From NCBI RefSeq assembly GCF_009914755.1, contig NC_060928.1: a stretch of DNA of 64,000 nucleotides. One strand, given 5' to 3'. Each line of letters starts with the position of its first letter. Position 1 is the stretch's first letter. Positions 46,615 through 60,888 of this stretch are shown in pieces. Source of the DNA: the human T2T-CHM13v2.0 reference genome, Homo sapiens. Both the position numbers and the translations under genes were made by a program. The notes beneath the pieces are model-generated. The model saw only the letters and a program-made list of their open reading frames with translations, searched no databases and had not been told where the DNA came from.

Positions 46615-46789
46615 AGCTTTGATTCTTTTCTGATCTTCAGTTCTGCCTGGTCATGTAATGAAAGTGTGAGAGATGATTACCCAAATGCAGTGTATAAGAT
46701 GACTACCCAAATGCAGGAAATAGCAACTCAAAGAGTTGACTTGCCTGAGGCAGAAGTAATTAAGCAGCAGACATAGGACTAATTAGGTG

Positions 46790-47310
46790 ATTGTCTCACT
46801 AGCATCTCTTCCCTCTTCTTTCATCAGTAACCCCCTAGTTTCATTTGGGGAACCATGCCTTCCCCATCTTCTGTCTGTGTGGACTGGATGAGATTCCTTT
46901 CATAATTTCAGGAGTGTATCTTGTCCTGCAGGTCCAAGACAATCTTATCCGCATTGCCAGGTCCCAGTGATGAGTTCAGAATAGGCAAGTGACTAACAAG
47001 GACTCATCCAAAGGGAGGCTAGGCTTTCGGGAAGAGGTATAGGAAATATATCCTTTTGTTTTTTCTGGGCTTAGTTTTGGGAATTGGCGAGCTAAAGCTG
47101 CTTACCATCACATGGAGTCTTGGACGAAAGCCAGGAGAGCAGAAGGCAGTGCCAGATAAGAAGAAAAAAAGAAACGACCTGCTGGTAACATTTGAGCACC
47201 TACCGCCAGCCACACCTCAAAGTTAGCCTTACCTTTGGACTTTTTAAGTTCAGTGAAAAGCCTTTTTCTGCTCAAGCCTGTCTGGGTTGGGTTTTCAGTC
47301 CTAACTGGTA
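46790..47310 (+). mobile_element. Old LTR (MLT1/LTR16-like)
   Basis: CATTTGAGCACCT...CTTTGGACTTTTTAAGTT...GCTCAAGCCTGTCTGGGTTGGGTTTTC 3' signature. Confidence 0.5.
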
Positions 47311-47463
47311 TAATTACATAGGTGAGTAAGTCACAATTCCAATTTTCAAGGACCTAAATTTCTCACTCTAGAAAAATGAATGTGCTTTTATAGTCTGTTG
47401 TAGCTCTAAAGTCATGATTCCATCTTGATCCTCTAAGGCTCATCTCAACAACATGGTGAGATG

Positions 47464-47979
47464 AGAACTAATAGGATGGATGTATACATAAAGGGGAGTT
47501 TATTTGGAGTATTGACTCATGTGATCACAAGATGAAGTCCCACAATAGGCCATCTACAAGCTGAGGAGCAAGGAAGCCGTTGGAGTCCCAATACCTCAAA
47601 AGTAGGGAAGCCAACAGTGCAGGCTTTAGTCTGTGGGCAAAGGCCCAAGAGCCCCTGGCATTCCACTGGTGTAAATCCAAGAGTCCAAAAGCTGAAGGAC
47701 TTGGAGTCTGATGTTTGAGGGCAGGAGGCATCCAGCACAGGGGAAAGATAAAGGCCAGAAGACTCAGGAAGTTGGCTCCTTCCACCTTCTTCTGCCTGCT
47801 TTGTTCTAGCCATGCTGGCAGCTGATTAGATGGTGCTCACTCAGATTGAGGGTGGGTCTGCCTCTCCCAGTCCACTGACTCAAATGTTAATCTTTGGCAA
47901 CACCCTCACAGGCACACCCAAAAACAATACTTTGCATCCTTGAATCCAATCAAGTTAACATTCAGTACTAACCATCACA
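47464..47979 (-). mobile_element. MLT2 (HERV-L) 3' LTR
   Basis: AGAACTAATAGGA...CAGATTGAGGGTGGGTCTGCCTCTCCCAGTCCACTGACTCAAATGTTAATCT...AACCATCACA; adjacent PPT (AAGGGGTGGACT on the minus strand). Confidence 0.9.
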
Positions 47980-49451
47980 AGTCCACCCCTTGTCAACTTG
48001 AGCCCATACACATCTCCTGAAATCATACATAATTTCCAAATAAAGACAATAATAAGGTCATAATTATGCCTAATGTAATACAGCTATCCCTCAGACAACT
48101 GGAAGTGCACTAATCCTTAACCTAAATGTTGTTACATAAAGTTAACAACACTTAAAATGCTGATATGAAGTCAATAAATCTTAAGTCATGTGATAAAAGA
48201 AAAAGAAAGGAAATAAAATGAAGACATTGTCTTAGTACAAGTGTATACATGCACAAACATATTCTTAACAAAATAAGGAGGAAATATTCATGACAATTAC
48301 AGTCCTCGTTTCTGCAGCTGGTCACTTGGTTGTAGCTGGTATTGATGACTACATTTCTACTACCCATTCCACATTCCTTTGCCGTCTGCAAGCACCTCAG
48401 TGAGTTATGTTTTTTTTTTCCTGGTGGAGTGACCCAAACCTTCATTCCTGAAGGGTTTGGGCCATTTTTAGCCCTGCCTGGATTGGGTTGTTATAGTTTC
48501 TCATTGACCTTAATCACAGGGCATGGTAATACCAAGAGACGTCCTAATGGATCTCCTGTATTCCATGCATACTCTTCCTTACCTCCATTGTGGAATAGTA
48601 GACTGATTTTGTCTTGATAATTTGGGTCAATCACCCTAGCCCACACTGTAACTCCCTTCTTAGCCTGTCGATTTAGAGATAAGAGGAGCCCAAAGTGGCC
48701 AGGTGGCAATCTTAACTTCCAGTTTAGTGGAATCATTGTTGTGTCTCTTGGTGGCAGCATTCCTCTCTCTGGAACTAGGATGTCTAGGCCAGCAGAATGT
48801 AATGTTATGGGAACAGGAAGCAAGAATTTTGCTAGTAGATCACTAGGGGTGTTGGTGAGTGGTGCCACTTCCACTTCCACCCCTTGATTCCAAGATCCCT
48901 GAATACTGGCTATGGGAGAAACAGTACCATATATTGGATGCTGATTCAGGGCATACACAGCCTTCTGGAGAACCTTGCCCCAGTCCTGCAAAGTATTGTC
49001 ACCTAGTTGGCATTGTAATAATTTAAAAGGTCATTCCACCGTTCTATCAATTCAGCTACTTCAGGATGATGGGGAACATGGTAAAACCAGTGAATTCAAT
49101 GAGCATGAGCCCACTGCCACACTTCTTTAGCTGTAAAGTGAGTGCCTTGGTCAGAGGCAATGCTATGTGGAATACTACGATGGTGGATAAGGTATTCCAT
49201 GAGTCCATGGATGGTAGTCTTGGCAGAAGCATTGCATGCAGAATAGGGAAACCCATATCTGGAGTAAGTGTTTATTCTGGTGAGGACAAACCGCTGCCCT
49301 TTCCATGATGGAAGAGGTCCAATATAATCAACCTGCCACCAAGTAGCCGGCAGATTACCCCGAGGAATGGTGCCATATCGAGGGCTCAGTGTTGGTCCCT
49401 GCTTCTGGCAAATTGGGCTCTCAGCAGTAGCCATAGGCAGATCAGCCTTGG
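47980..49451 (-). mobile_element. HERV-L internal fragment (integrase and dUTPase remnants)
   Basis: ORF 49096-49434 has WQVDYIGPLP...SDQGTHFTA (integrase core). ORF 48491-48991 has SAGLD, LRLPPGHFG and VIDPNY (dUTPase motifs). Confidence 0.92.
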
Positions 49452-49844
49452 GACAAATTAAATGTTTGACAATTTCCAGATAGTGATTATTTGTGGTTCC
49501 CTAAACACTACAAGATGTTTCATATTTCTACACCTTCACATATGCTGTTCCCCCAGCCTGAAATACCATTCCTTCTCTGGCAAATATAACCTTGCACTTT
49601 GTTCTACCTGGGGTCCTACTCTAGGCATTTGATTGCTCTGTTCATGGTCACACTATGGTGCCATTTTTTTTTAAACTGTAGAATCAGTCAAAATATATTG
49701 CACCATCTTTCTGCTCCCGGTGTCTCTGCCACTGCATTTTGAGGACCTTGGATTCTACGACTTGCTTGACCCTTCAAGTGCCCAATACGTGTTTGCTGGA
49801 TGGATAAATAACTTTTGTGGTCCTCATTTGAGTGAACCTTCTAA

Positions 49845-50080
49845 CATAATTATAATAGCTACCCTTCTGGAATACCTAATAATAACCAGACACTATATAT
49901 TATAATTAGTTATAATTTAATTTTTAACCCTGCAAAGTTTATATTATCACTAACCCCTGTTTTGTAGATAAGAAAACTGAGGCTCAGAGAGGTACAGAAA
50001 TTTGCCCAAGATGCCACTAGTAAGTGGTAGTGCAGCGATTAAAAGCCTGTGCTATTTCCTTCACATTATATCGCCAACTT
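49845..50080 (-). mobile_element. MIR
   Basis: TTTTGTAGATAAGAAAACTGAGGCTCAGAGAGGT...TTGCCCAAGATG. Confidence 0.8.
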
Positions 50081-51329
50081 TGCTTGAAATAGTTATTTAA
50101 AAAATTTTCTAAAATGCTTCCTTTTGAACATTCCTTGAATATTCTCTTGAGGGTTCTGTTTCCTGCTAGATTTGTGCTACCTGCTTCCATCTGCAAAATC
50201 AAATAAACCACTTTGTGCAGCTCCTTCCTCAGGAAATCTGGAAAACTGAGCTGTTCTTTCTAGGTACACTAACAATTCATCTCAATTTACTGGCTCAGTT
50301 TATAATTTTTAGTTTAACCCACTGTGGCTCATGTTCCCCTGGGCTGGTGTTGTTAGCATGCTAAGTCTAAAAAAGTTTCCTTTGCCAGCAAATAGAAGCC
50401 AGAAACAAAAGCAGAATTCGGGGAAGGCTGGCCGAGAAAGCAGTTATTTCAGTAATTGAAGCCAAACAAATGTTTTTATTAAAACGATCTTACTAATTCC
50501 AATTCTTACTTTGCTCTGCCAGTGCAAGTCTGGTCTACACCTGTTATACTCTGCAGTGCACTTTACTCCAGCAATTGCCAAATGCTGGTCTGTGAATTTG
50601 TCCCGCTCAAGGCTTTGATGAGGTTTTCACTAGTCTGAAGATAAACTAGAAACAAAGGGACAGTGTTATATATGCATGTGAATATACGTATACATCTGCA
50701 CAGCACGTGCGTGCACGCACACACACTCACACATATTTTCTCTCTCTTTTACAATCATTGGTTCCCTTTTTGATAAGGATTCTTTTTTTATTCTATAATT
50801 ATGTCTTGCCATCTTTTATTGGCATTAAAATATCCTTTCTTTTTAAAAATTATGGTGTGAGTAGAGGGTAGGTAATTTTGTTAATGTTTCCATTTGACAG
50901 AATAGAAATGTCTCAGAAAGCCCTATTTCATTCCCTCGATTTTTAATCACATTTTACAGGTCTATGAAATTCCAGAGTCCTGGAACCACGTCTCACTTCC
51001 TTTTTTTTTTTTTCACCTTTTTTTTTTTCAGCCATAAAATAACAAATTTGCTCTCAAAGAGGGAAGACTAACATTTTCAAATGAGTCCTTCCTCTGAACT
51101 CTAGTCTCACCTGTTGTCTTTACCCTCCATTGGCAGTTAGAATATGACACACTGTATTATTAGCTATAGATTTATGTCCTAGCTAATAAAATAGGCTGTA
51201 ACTGACCCTACCCAAGGCAGGAAGCATCGCTCTCTATGTATTGCCAGAATCTACACATAATCGATGTTCAGCTGTTTCAATATAGATTTATTGTCAGGAA
51301 CTCGAGGGCAGAGAAGTAATAAAATCATA

Positions 51330-51600
51330 ATGACAATAATTACAATCAATATTTATTAAGTGCTGTCTACACACTAGCCACTATTTTAAGTATTTCATGT
51401 GTGACTCACTTAGTCCTCCTGATGGCCAAAGGAGAGGTTTCCTTGTCACTGCCTTCATTTTACAGGGGAGGAAACTGAGATAATAGAGGGTTAAGTAACT
51501 TGTCTAGAGTCACATGATTGTACTTGGTAGTACTGGGATTTGAACCTAGATAAGCTTAGCTTGCATGCTCGACATTCCTAACCACCACACTATGCTGCCT
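51330..51600 (-). mobile_element. MIR
   Basis: CATTTTACAGGGGAGGAAACTGAG...GGTTAAGTAACTTG...GGGATTTGAACC. Confidence 0.8.
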
Positions 51601-51659
51601 TCTGCAAGAACAGCTCCGGGAGCTGCATCTGGAGAATGACAGTAACAGCAGTCGCAACT

Positions 51660-51880
51660 GCAACAACTAGAATTAGGATGGCCCCAGGGCAGCATATGTG
51701 CTAAGAACCTTATGTGCGTTACTTCATGCTCACAACTTTTGCAACCTGGGTCCTATGATACCTGTTTTACAGATGAGGAAGCTGAGCCACAGAGGTCTTA
51801 AGTGGATTGCCCAAGACTGGAGAGTGGCAGAATTTGAACTCAAGCACAGTAGTTTTGTCTGACTCCAAACCCTGAGAACT
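51660..51880 (-). mobile_element. MIR
   Basis: TTTTACAGATGAGGAAGCTGAG...TTGCCCAAG...TCTGACTCCAAA. Confidence 0.75.
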
Positions 51881-54234
51881 TATATGATGATGATCTGTTT
51901 GTACAAGCCTGGGGTTTGGAGTGAGAAAATTCCTTCTCCAGGCCCTCCAGTAGCTGAGTGGCCATGATCATATTACTGGACTGTCTGAGATTGCTGATCA
52001 TCTATAAAGAGAAGGATACGTGTGTAAGGTGCTTAATAAACAACAATGTACTGCTTAAATGTAATTTATTTATGTATGTATCAGAGGCTTATTCCACCTC
52101 CTGATCCTCTGAGCATCTCTGTAGGTCCAGAAGATCACTGTCCTTCATCTTTGCTTCCTATACTAGCAACCACCTCAGAAAGGTTGGGCTCCTCTTCCTG
52201 AGTAGCTCTAGGAAATACATTTTGAGTTGCCGATCACCTATAGCCACAGAAAGAAAATCAAAGCCGACAAGCACTGTGCTCATTAGGCAGACGTTCAGTT
52301 TTATCCAGTCATGAAGATATTAAGAAAAGATATTTATAGCTGACCTTTCAAGATTAATAATTTCAGTGAAAGAGAAACTGTGGTATTCAACACAATTTTT
52401 AAAAATCCTTAATATTGAAGGAAATCATTATTTTACTGCTTGTAGTACAGTTTGTCATTTATTAAAAATTTAATAAAATGCATATGCATTTCCAGCAGAC
52501 TTTAAAGACAGTAACAAATAGTACAAATCAGTTCAGTTTTCTAATTTAAAATTGTATGTGTAACATTCTTATAACTCCTAGTTATTTTAATATTTTTAAA
52601 AAATATGTACATTAATCTTGTAATTTGAGAAAGTGAAATTCCATAACAACCAGTTAATAAGTAACTCAAAATTGGATCACTTAGGCATATTAAAATCAAA
52701 CCCTAAAGCATTCATGATTTTAAACATTAGGAAATAAAACTAGAAAAAACACAAGGAATTAACATATTCCCTTTTCTTAACCTTTGATCTTCCCTTCTTT
52801 TTTTCTTCATACTCCACAATAGATTGGCAAGTAATCTCATGTTTACATAGCTAGCATGTGTCTGGTGAAGATCTTATCTTATTGTCTTGAAAAGGCGAGA
52901 ATCAGGAGAATCCATTTTGTCTCCAAATAAATATATTCTCATTGAGGTAGCTGCAGTTGAAACTCCTTATACTGTAAGTAATGAAATAGTCCGTGCTATG
53001 AACATAAAGTACGGCATATGCTGAGTGCAAAAACTCACAACCCTTCTGGAGGGGAGTAACTTGAGTTTTTGAGGTGTGGAAAGTGAGGGAGGAGATACCC
53101 AGGACCCAGAGTAACTTAACATTGTGGAAATATTTGCTTAAGTGCTGCATTTTTGCTTAAGTATTACATCTGGTTTGTTGTTTTTAGTGGAATACGAATG
53201 TTGTTATAAATTTAGCTGAAAAGCAATTTAAAATAATTTTGTAAACATAAAAGAATTTCCTGAATTTAAACCTTATTCCTTTTTATAAAAATAGCAACTT
53301 ATGATAAAACATTTAAAACAATTTTGATTAAAAAATCACCATGAACACACCAGCCATTTTATTATATATATTCCTTTAAAGTCTTTGTTCACATATTATA
53401 ATCAGAATCATCAATTTTATACTATTTTTAAAATATGCAATGTCTTACATTTTCTTTATTATTGCCATTATGAAAGTCTATTTAACACCTTGATTTGGTT
53501 AGTCAGTAGTTATTTAACCATTCTTTATTTTTTGATAATTAGATTTTTGTTTATTTATTTTGCCTTTCCGGAAATCACAGCTACACATTCTAGATTTTCT
53601 AAATATTTTGCTACCATTTCTTAAATTTTCTTTGTATTTGTGTGTCTTGCTTTTTGCTTAAAAATATGGTCTTGATAATCATAGTTAAAAATGCAACAAG
53701 CCTCTATATGCCTACAGATTTTTTTTCTGTGGTGAGTTGTTTCTTTAAGACAAAATTTCCTCCCTCTCCTTGTTACTTTATTTTTTTGCCACATTCTCAT
53801 CATGAAGTCCTACTAATTATTTAATATCCAACTTAAATATCTTTTTGTTGAAACTTCTATTGATATTCTCTAGCAGTATTTGTCATTCTGTCTTTTATAT
53901 ATTACTTGCTTAAGAAGAGAGTACATTGTGGTGTCATCATGTTTAATTTCAAATACTTCTGCCCCTAATACACTATGCATTTGTTAGGACAGGCTCTGAG
54001 TATATTTTGCACATATATTCCAACTTTATAGAACAGTTTTTGACAAATTCAATGATTATTAAAATAATTGAATGAATGAATTAAATAAAAGAGCGTACAA
54101 GAACCTGGAAAAGTGGAAGAAGAAATAAGATTGTATGTTAGAGTAGTTAAGGGAAAGGCAAGACAATTACAGGCTGGAGGAGAAGAAGAAGGGGAAGGGG
54201 AAGGGAAAGGGGAAGGGAAAGGGAAGGAAACCTG

Positions 54235-54415
54235 TTTGTATTGAGCTTTGTGTGTATCAGGCACTGTGCCAGGTACTTTACATGTCTTATCTCATTTAAC
54301 CCTGAGAACAACTCTGAAGTAGGTTCTGTTGCTCTCATATTGCATATTTCAGATAAAGAAATTAATGTTTAGTAATTACGTAAGGTCATTCTATTAATAA
54401 GTGCCAGAGCTGGGA
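54235..54415 (-). mobile_element. MIR, preceded by a GGAAG-type purine repeat at 54177-54229
   Basis: GGCACTGTGCCAGGTACTTTACATGTCTTATCTCATTTAACC. Confidence 0.7.
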
Positions 54416-56759
54416 GAATGACAGAAAAAGGGGAGTTTTGCTGACATTCAAAAGAAGGGATGGTTGGGTGGATTCTGCAGAGGCAAATGCCCACACACAG
54501 ATGGGAGAGATCAGCTAGTTTTTATAGGTTACCAAGGAGGCCAAGCTGGCTGACTTGGAGAGGTTTTATGAGGGTGAGAGATTGGTAATCTGGGTTCATG
54601 ATGTTACATGCTTTAAGAATTATTAAGTCATTAAGGCCTCTGACAGAGTAGAAGGAGTTAAGGCTCTGCTGAAGGGTGCATCTATATAAATAATGGTTAC
54701 AACTAGGTTGAGCCTGGGCAACTCCTGATACTCAAGGTAGTTCATATTCTCACTACTGCACTATTACCAGATGATTACACTGAGCCCATAGGAATTCATT
54801 TACATTGGCCAGAGCCTTTGTGAATACCCAGTTGGGGGTTTTAATGAAACAAAAGAGATAATTGAACTAAGGAAAATAGTTCAAGATAGAAGGTAGACTC
54901 TGATATTTGAAGGATGACATTAAAAATCAAAGTGCTTTTAAAGGGAAAAGAGGATTAACAAAAGTTGTTCGTTTAATCTCCATTTTTCTTGTCTATAGGA
55001 ACACTTGTAAAATGAAATGCAGCTTTTAGGCATGGGTGGTTATGGGCACCTTTTTAAATCAATGGCTTATCATTGTGTTTTTGGGTCCCTACAGCCATGA
55101 CCACCAAGTCATCATCACTATCAACAAACATGGACCTGCTGATGTGCAACACTGGGCATAAGGCCCAGTCTCTGTTTCTGAATGGCCTATGACTGAGGAC
55201 ATGAGGTCTTCAAGGAAGGCAATAAGGGAACAAACATGTATTGAGCATGTTCTATGCGCGGTCCACTTATGCGAAATACATCACATGAGTAGAGACTGAA
55301 AAATATCACTCTCTGGACAGCTGGCACAAGAGTTATTTTAGGAAGGAGAGAGTATTTAGAAAACACTGTTAGGCTAGTTAGTGGTAGAAAGTGAGGCCTG
55401 GAGAACTGGTCTGGAAGAAGACTGTGTTACAAAGCAATGGCAAAAGTGAAAATTTAAAATTTGGGAATTAGATAAGCAAACATGGGAGAGGTGGTGTAGT
55501 GCTCCACATTTCTCTCTTCTGAAGTGAAATATAGATGTTTGATAGTTAAAATATAGAGATCAAATAGAGTCTGATTGTATTAATTCATGTCACATGCTTA
55601 TATGTGCTTATCCTCAAACTGCCTATGCAAGGGGGACTAGAAAAAGGAGTTTTGAATTCTATCTTGGAGAGGTGAGAGATATAATTTGGAGCATTCCTGA
55701 AACACACAAAAGCTGTTCAGAAGATGCTGGGGGGTGGGGTCGGGGCAGGCAAAATACCATAGGTTCCTTAGAAATAGAAATCCTCTTTTGAATTTATTTC
55801 CATCCCTTCCTTCTTGAATACAGAGACCCACAAAAAAATAGTGCTGGGGGACACCATGTACAAAGAGGAAACATGACTTCTTGGGGTGTACCACTCAGAT
55901 AGACTCTGATATGAATGGCTCTACTAGGGTTGTGCGGCTTGGAAGCAGTTGAGGTTCCCCTTGCATTTACAATATTAGTTAATAAGAAAAAGCATTACTG
56001 AGTGCCTACTGTGGTTCAGGGACTGTCCTACATGGAGAGGTCCAGTACCTGGACTTTGGGGTCTGATAGTCCTAGGTTTGAATTTCACGTGTGCTTCTTA
56101 TTAGCCATGAGGCCATGGTCAAGTTAGTTAAACTCTCAGAATCCTTCTTACTTTGTCTGTCAAGTGGAGGTCCTCATCGTGTTGTTCTGCATACCTTGCC
56201 CAGAGCGAGCACATGGGAAATGGTAGCTCTAATTATGATGCACAAGCATTTTCTCATTTTATTCCCTTTACAGTCTTGTAATTCACTTCTAATTCGTGGG
56301 TACATTGAGGTTCAGAGAACATGGGACTTGGCCAAGATAAGACAACTGAGTGGCAGAGGATTAATTCGAACTCAGATTTGGGAGCCTGTGTTCATTCTAC
56401 ACTAAGTCGATTTTTACCTATTTCCAAAGATGAATCTCCAATCTAAAGTCCTTTTCCTCCAAGCCCCTCTTACCATGTCCAACATAAATATTAATGCAGC
56501 TACCATCTGCCACTACGTAAAAACACTTGGTCAAATCTATTTTAGCAATTGAAGCAAAATTGCTTTTTGTTTGGTTAGCGTATCTGTGTTATGCTTTCTT
56601 TTGACTATCCAGTCCATTTTTGAAGTGGAGTCTTGGTTACCTAGGGAACTAGCATACAGCATTGGTAATTTTTTTTAATGAGATGTAAGTTCAAAGTTGT
56701 TAGAATTGTTGGCTGAATTTCAAGTGGTGACCTCTGTACTCACTGGAAAGTAACATAAC

Positions 56760-56767
<8 letters not shown>

Positions 56768-56819
<52 letters not shown>
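56768..56819 (+). repeat. (TA)n microsatellite
   Basis: About 26 uninterrupted TA units. Confidence 0.97.
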
Positions 56820-56826
<7 letters not shown>

Positions 56827-57545
56827 GTGTAAGAAAATTAGGGGAGTTGATGAGAGTTGGTGAAAAATAAGATTTTTAAGTTGCAGATATTCTGCCTGTA
56901 GTGGGAAGCTAGATAAATCAATATCTTTATTTCAGGCTATATAATTTGCACATAATTCTTATTCCTTTGAGACATGTTTTATGTGTTTTTAAATGGAAGT
57001 AAATTTTGTGTGCTATGTTATAGGAAATATGTAGCCATGAATGGTTTTGAGTTCCTTTCTGGAATGGCCCTATAAAAAGTCCACAGGATTTTGCCTCTCT
57101 CTAGCCTTTGCTTTCTTTTTAAAGAAGCTGGGCTTAGTTCAGTAATTCAAAACTCTCACATTGCACGAGCTATCATAATAAAGATAATTGAAAGAAAAAA
57201 ATAAAAAAAAATTACTCAGAGCCCCTTCCTCTGCCTCAGATAAAGATAAGGTCAAGGTAGAAGGATCCATCCTGAAGGACTTTGAGAACTAAAGGCATGA
57301 GTCAAAGCAAGTCTTGTCTGAGAAATCCAAAGCACTTATCCCAAGAAGTATATCATGGGTGCCAGCTTAAAGGGCAGGGGGATGGAAATCTAAGGATTCA
57401 GAATGAAATATTTGCAGCTAGGTAGACTCAAAGTTGTGAACCTGAATTGCCATTGAATGAGGAGAAAGTCGGGTGGTATTTGTCTTTAATGACAGCAGAT
57501 GATGGAAACTTAGGTTGATCAACCTATGTTAAAAGGCTAATGTTG

Positions 57546-57996
57546 ACAGAAGGATAAATATTGCATGTTCTCACTGATACGTGAGAACTGAAAATATTTT
57601 TTATTTTATGTATTTATTTATTTAGCTCATGGAAGTAGAGAGTAGAACTGTAGGCATTAGAGGCTGAGAAGGGTGGGAGCAGGGGAGGATGGGGAGAGGT
57701 TGGTTAACAAATAAAAAATTATAGCTAGATAGGAGGAATGTATTCTGGTATCCTATAGCACTGTAGGGTGAATATAGTTAACAATAATTGTTTGTATATT
57801 ATCAACATACATTAGAGAACTAGAAGATTCTGAGTGTTCACAACACAAAGAAGTGACAAATGTTTGAGGTGATAGATATGCTAGTTACCCCAATTTGATA
57901 ATTATATATTTTATACACATATCAAAATATCACCCTGTATCCCATAAATATGTACAATTATTATCTGTCAACTAAAAATAAAAAGAAAATAAAAAA
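57546..57996 (+). mobile_element. L1MA 3' end
   Basis: ATAGCTAGATAGGAGGAAT, TGTTTGAGGTGATAGATATGCTA, CCCATAAATATGTACAATTATTA, A-rich tail. Confidence 0.85.
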
Positions 57997-60230
57997 GATC
58001 AGTGTTGGGACAAACATGTCCTCACCAAGCATGTGTTTTAGTTTTTCCATGTTTCCTTCTTATTTACATGAAATAAAATTAAGCTTGACTATGAGGGACT
58101 CAGTCAGGTTTCCTAAAAGCAGAGCCTGAGGACATGGAGCCTGGGGACGTATGCGAAGAAGTCCAGGGCTGAAGTTGGTATGAACAGCCAAACATAGAAC
58201 TACCCAAGCATGAATTTAATGAGTCTGGGCAAAGGGAGAATCAGTTATGTGGTGGGAATCAGAGACACCAAAACAGAGCTGGTGGAATGGGAACATAAAG
58301 CAGGAGGTACCCCAAGGTGCTGGGTGTAGCCACAAAGGTGTATTTCCTAAGGAGCCTCTGGCCTGGCTGGTGAGAGCTACGCAGGAAGTCCTTAAGACTT
58401 ATTGGACCTTGAAGATGGATAAGGTCTGATGGAGTAATCTAAAGGGGAGGGCATTTCAGTGGAAACATACCCATGAGGAGCCAATATGGTAGGGGTGGTT
58501 GAAATGTTCCGTAGATCTCTCTTAACCGTTCTCCTCAGCTGTGTGACACCAACATAATGCCATGTAAGAGTCACTTTTCTGGCACATCTGAGACCTTTCA
58601 GCTGAGCCCTTGCCTTAGCAAATGCTGAGATAATAAAGCCAGCAGTTGGTGACGCCATGGGTTAGGAGGGTAGCCATTAACATTGTTCTGAAACATCTCC
58701 TTCCCTCATAATGTTATTCTGATTGGTGGTGAAATACCACAATAAAGTAACCTCTCCCTATTATTTAAAGACATTCAGACTGAATAGACAAAGGATGTTC
58801 CAGAGGAAGTTCACTGGCAGGCAAAGTACTTTCAACCTAAAAGGGGCAGTGGCAGTGAAGTGCAATGCCTACTAAATGCAGAAGGGAAATGTGTTCAAGG
58901 ATCAGCAATTACAGGAGAAGGGGACGGTGAGCTTCTAAGAGCTAGTCCAGGAGGAAGAAAGTCTGAGTAATACTATAAAAGGGCTTGAAGTAAATGCAGT
59001 GGGAGTGTGTGGGTGCCCTGCAATCCACACAGGAGGAGTCACAAGGAAGGGAACACAGGCTAGAGAGAGCAGCAGTCAGACACCGACCGCCATGCCCAGA
59101 GGAAGTTTGTGGACCAGCTCCTGGTGGGAAGAAGAACTGGCGATCAAAACAGAAGACACAGGTGCTTCATATGTACACGACAAGTATCTTAAATAATCGT
59201 TCAGCAAAAATTATTTAGTATGTATATGTGCTATTCCCATTATGTGTTTTCTAAAAAACTTATGTGCTCCAGTTGAGAATACCAGTAAGTTAATGAAACA
59301 CCTCAATCCGGGTGGATTTTTCTAGCCACTCATCCCCTGGATTAATGCTCAGACTGGACAGTCTCCCTTAATTTATATCAAAGTATATCCTTGTTTTCCT
59401 GATCGGAATGAAGGGGCTTTGGGTATTTACTCATACATTTGAAATAAATGACCTTTGATGTAATGGAGTTGTGTATATTAATGTAGACAAGCTGCCTACT
59501 CTTAAAAATACTTCACTTTTCAAATGCAGAAAGGTGTAAATTTAATGGCAAACTTACATAAATAAATCACTCCATATGCACTTGGTGATATGTGAATCTA
59601 CAGTGCTTTCAGAAACAAAAATCGACTAAAATGTTTATATGAACATGTAAGTTCTTCATATTTGAAAAATGTGACCAAGGACATGAAAATACTTGTAGAG
59701 GCCCCTTTTTGGCAGAACTGACATAAGACTTCCTTCCCTGCAACAGACCATATATAATTGTTATGAGGAGGACTAGAAATATCTACGTCTTTGTCCTCCA
59801 CAACAGGTATGAAGGCAAATGCTGTGTTGGAGGACCACACACTTTGAAACCTGTTCTGAGTGAATTGTTGGTACACTATAAATCTCCTTGAAGCACTGAA
59901 TTATTAGATTTAAAAGAGCAAGCATGTATAGTCGTCAAGTAAATGGTTTATAATCTTGTTATAGTTACATGTGGCTCTATTTGATAATCTAAAAAGCATG
60001 TCTCGGAGGCATAAAAATGCATCTTTGAATAAGGTGCCAAGGAGAGAAAACCTTCACATTAGTGGTTTTAATATTTCCATTTTCGGATATTTCTGAGTCA
60101 CCCTGGAAATGCATTAAACGTAGGGCTTTGCCATGGTGCATATTACGTAGAACTTATTTTGGCCACAGAATCCATGTTAATAACCTTGTAGTTTATTTAT
60201 TTCTGTCCCTATACAATTTTTATACATTGG

Positions 60231-60888
60231 CTGGAGAGGATGTGGAGAAATAGGAACACTTTTACACTGCTGGTGGGACTGTAAACTAGTTCAACCACTG
60301 TTGAAGGCAGTGTGGGGATTCCTCAAGGATCTAGAACTAGAAATACCATTTGACCCAGCCATCCCATTACTGGGTATATACCCAAAGGATTATAAATCAT
60401 GCTATAAAGACACATGCACACGGATGTTTATTGCAGCACTATTCACAATAGCAAAGATTTGGAACCAACCCAAATGTCCAACAATGATAGACTGGATTAA
60501 GAAAATGTGGCACATATACACCATGGAATACTATGCAGCCATGAAAAATGACGAGTTCATGTCCTTTGTAGGGACATGGATGAAGCTGGAAACCATCATT
60601 CTCAGTAAACTATCGCAAGGACGGAAAACCAAACACCGCATGTTCTCACCATAGGTGGGAATTGAACAATGAGAACACTTGGACACAGGGTGGGGAACAT
60701 CACACACCAGGGCGTGTCGTGGGGTCGGGGGAGGGGGGAGGGATAGCATTAGGAGATACACCTAATGTAAATGACGAGTTAACGGGTGCAGCACACCAAC
60801 ATGGCACATGTATACATACGTAACAAACCTGCATGTTGTGCACATGTACCCTAGAACTTAAAGTATAATAATAATAATAATAATAATA
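60231..60888 (+). mobile_element. 5'-truncated L1PA4/5 with (TAA)n tail
   Basis: ORF2 C-terminus (ORF 60301-60654) and 3'UTR; TSD AAT(T/C)TTTATACATTGG at 60215-60230 and 60889-60904. Confidence 0.95.

Noticed and set aside
46171-46633. Overlapping ORFs of 74-127 aa (also those at 1749-2032, 6348-6733, 21685-21948 and 29016-29481)
   Set aside because: These are typical Alu-derived reading frames.
59793-59835. Hairpin GTCCTCCACAACAG / CTGTGTTGGAGGAC as a pre-miRNA
   Set aside because: A 12/14 stem with a 15-nt loop is too short for a pre-miRNA and is plausible by chance in 64 kb.
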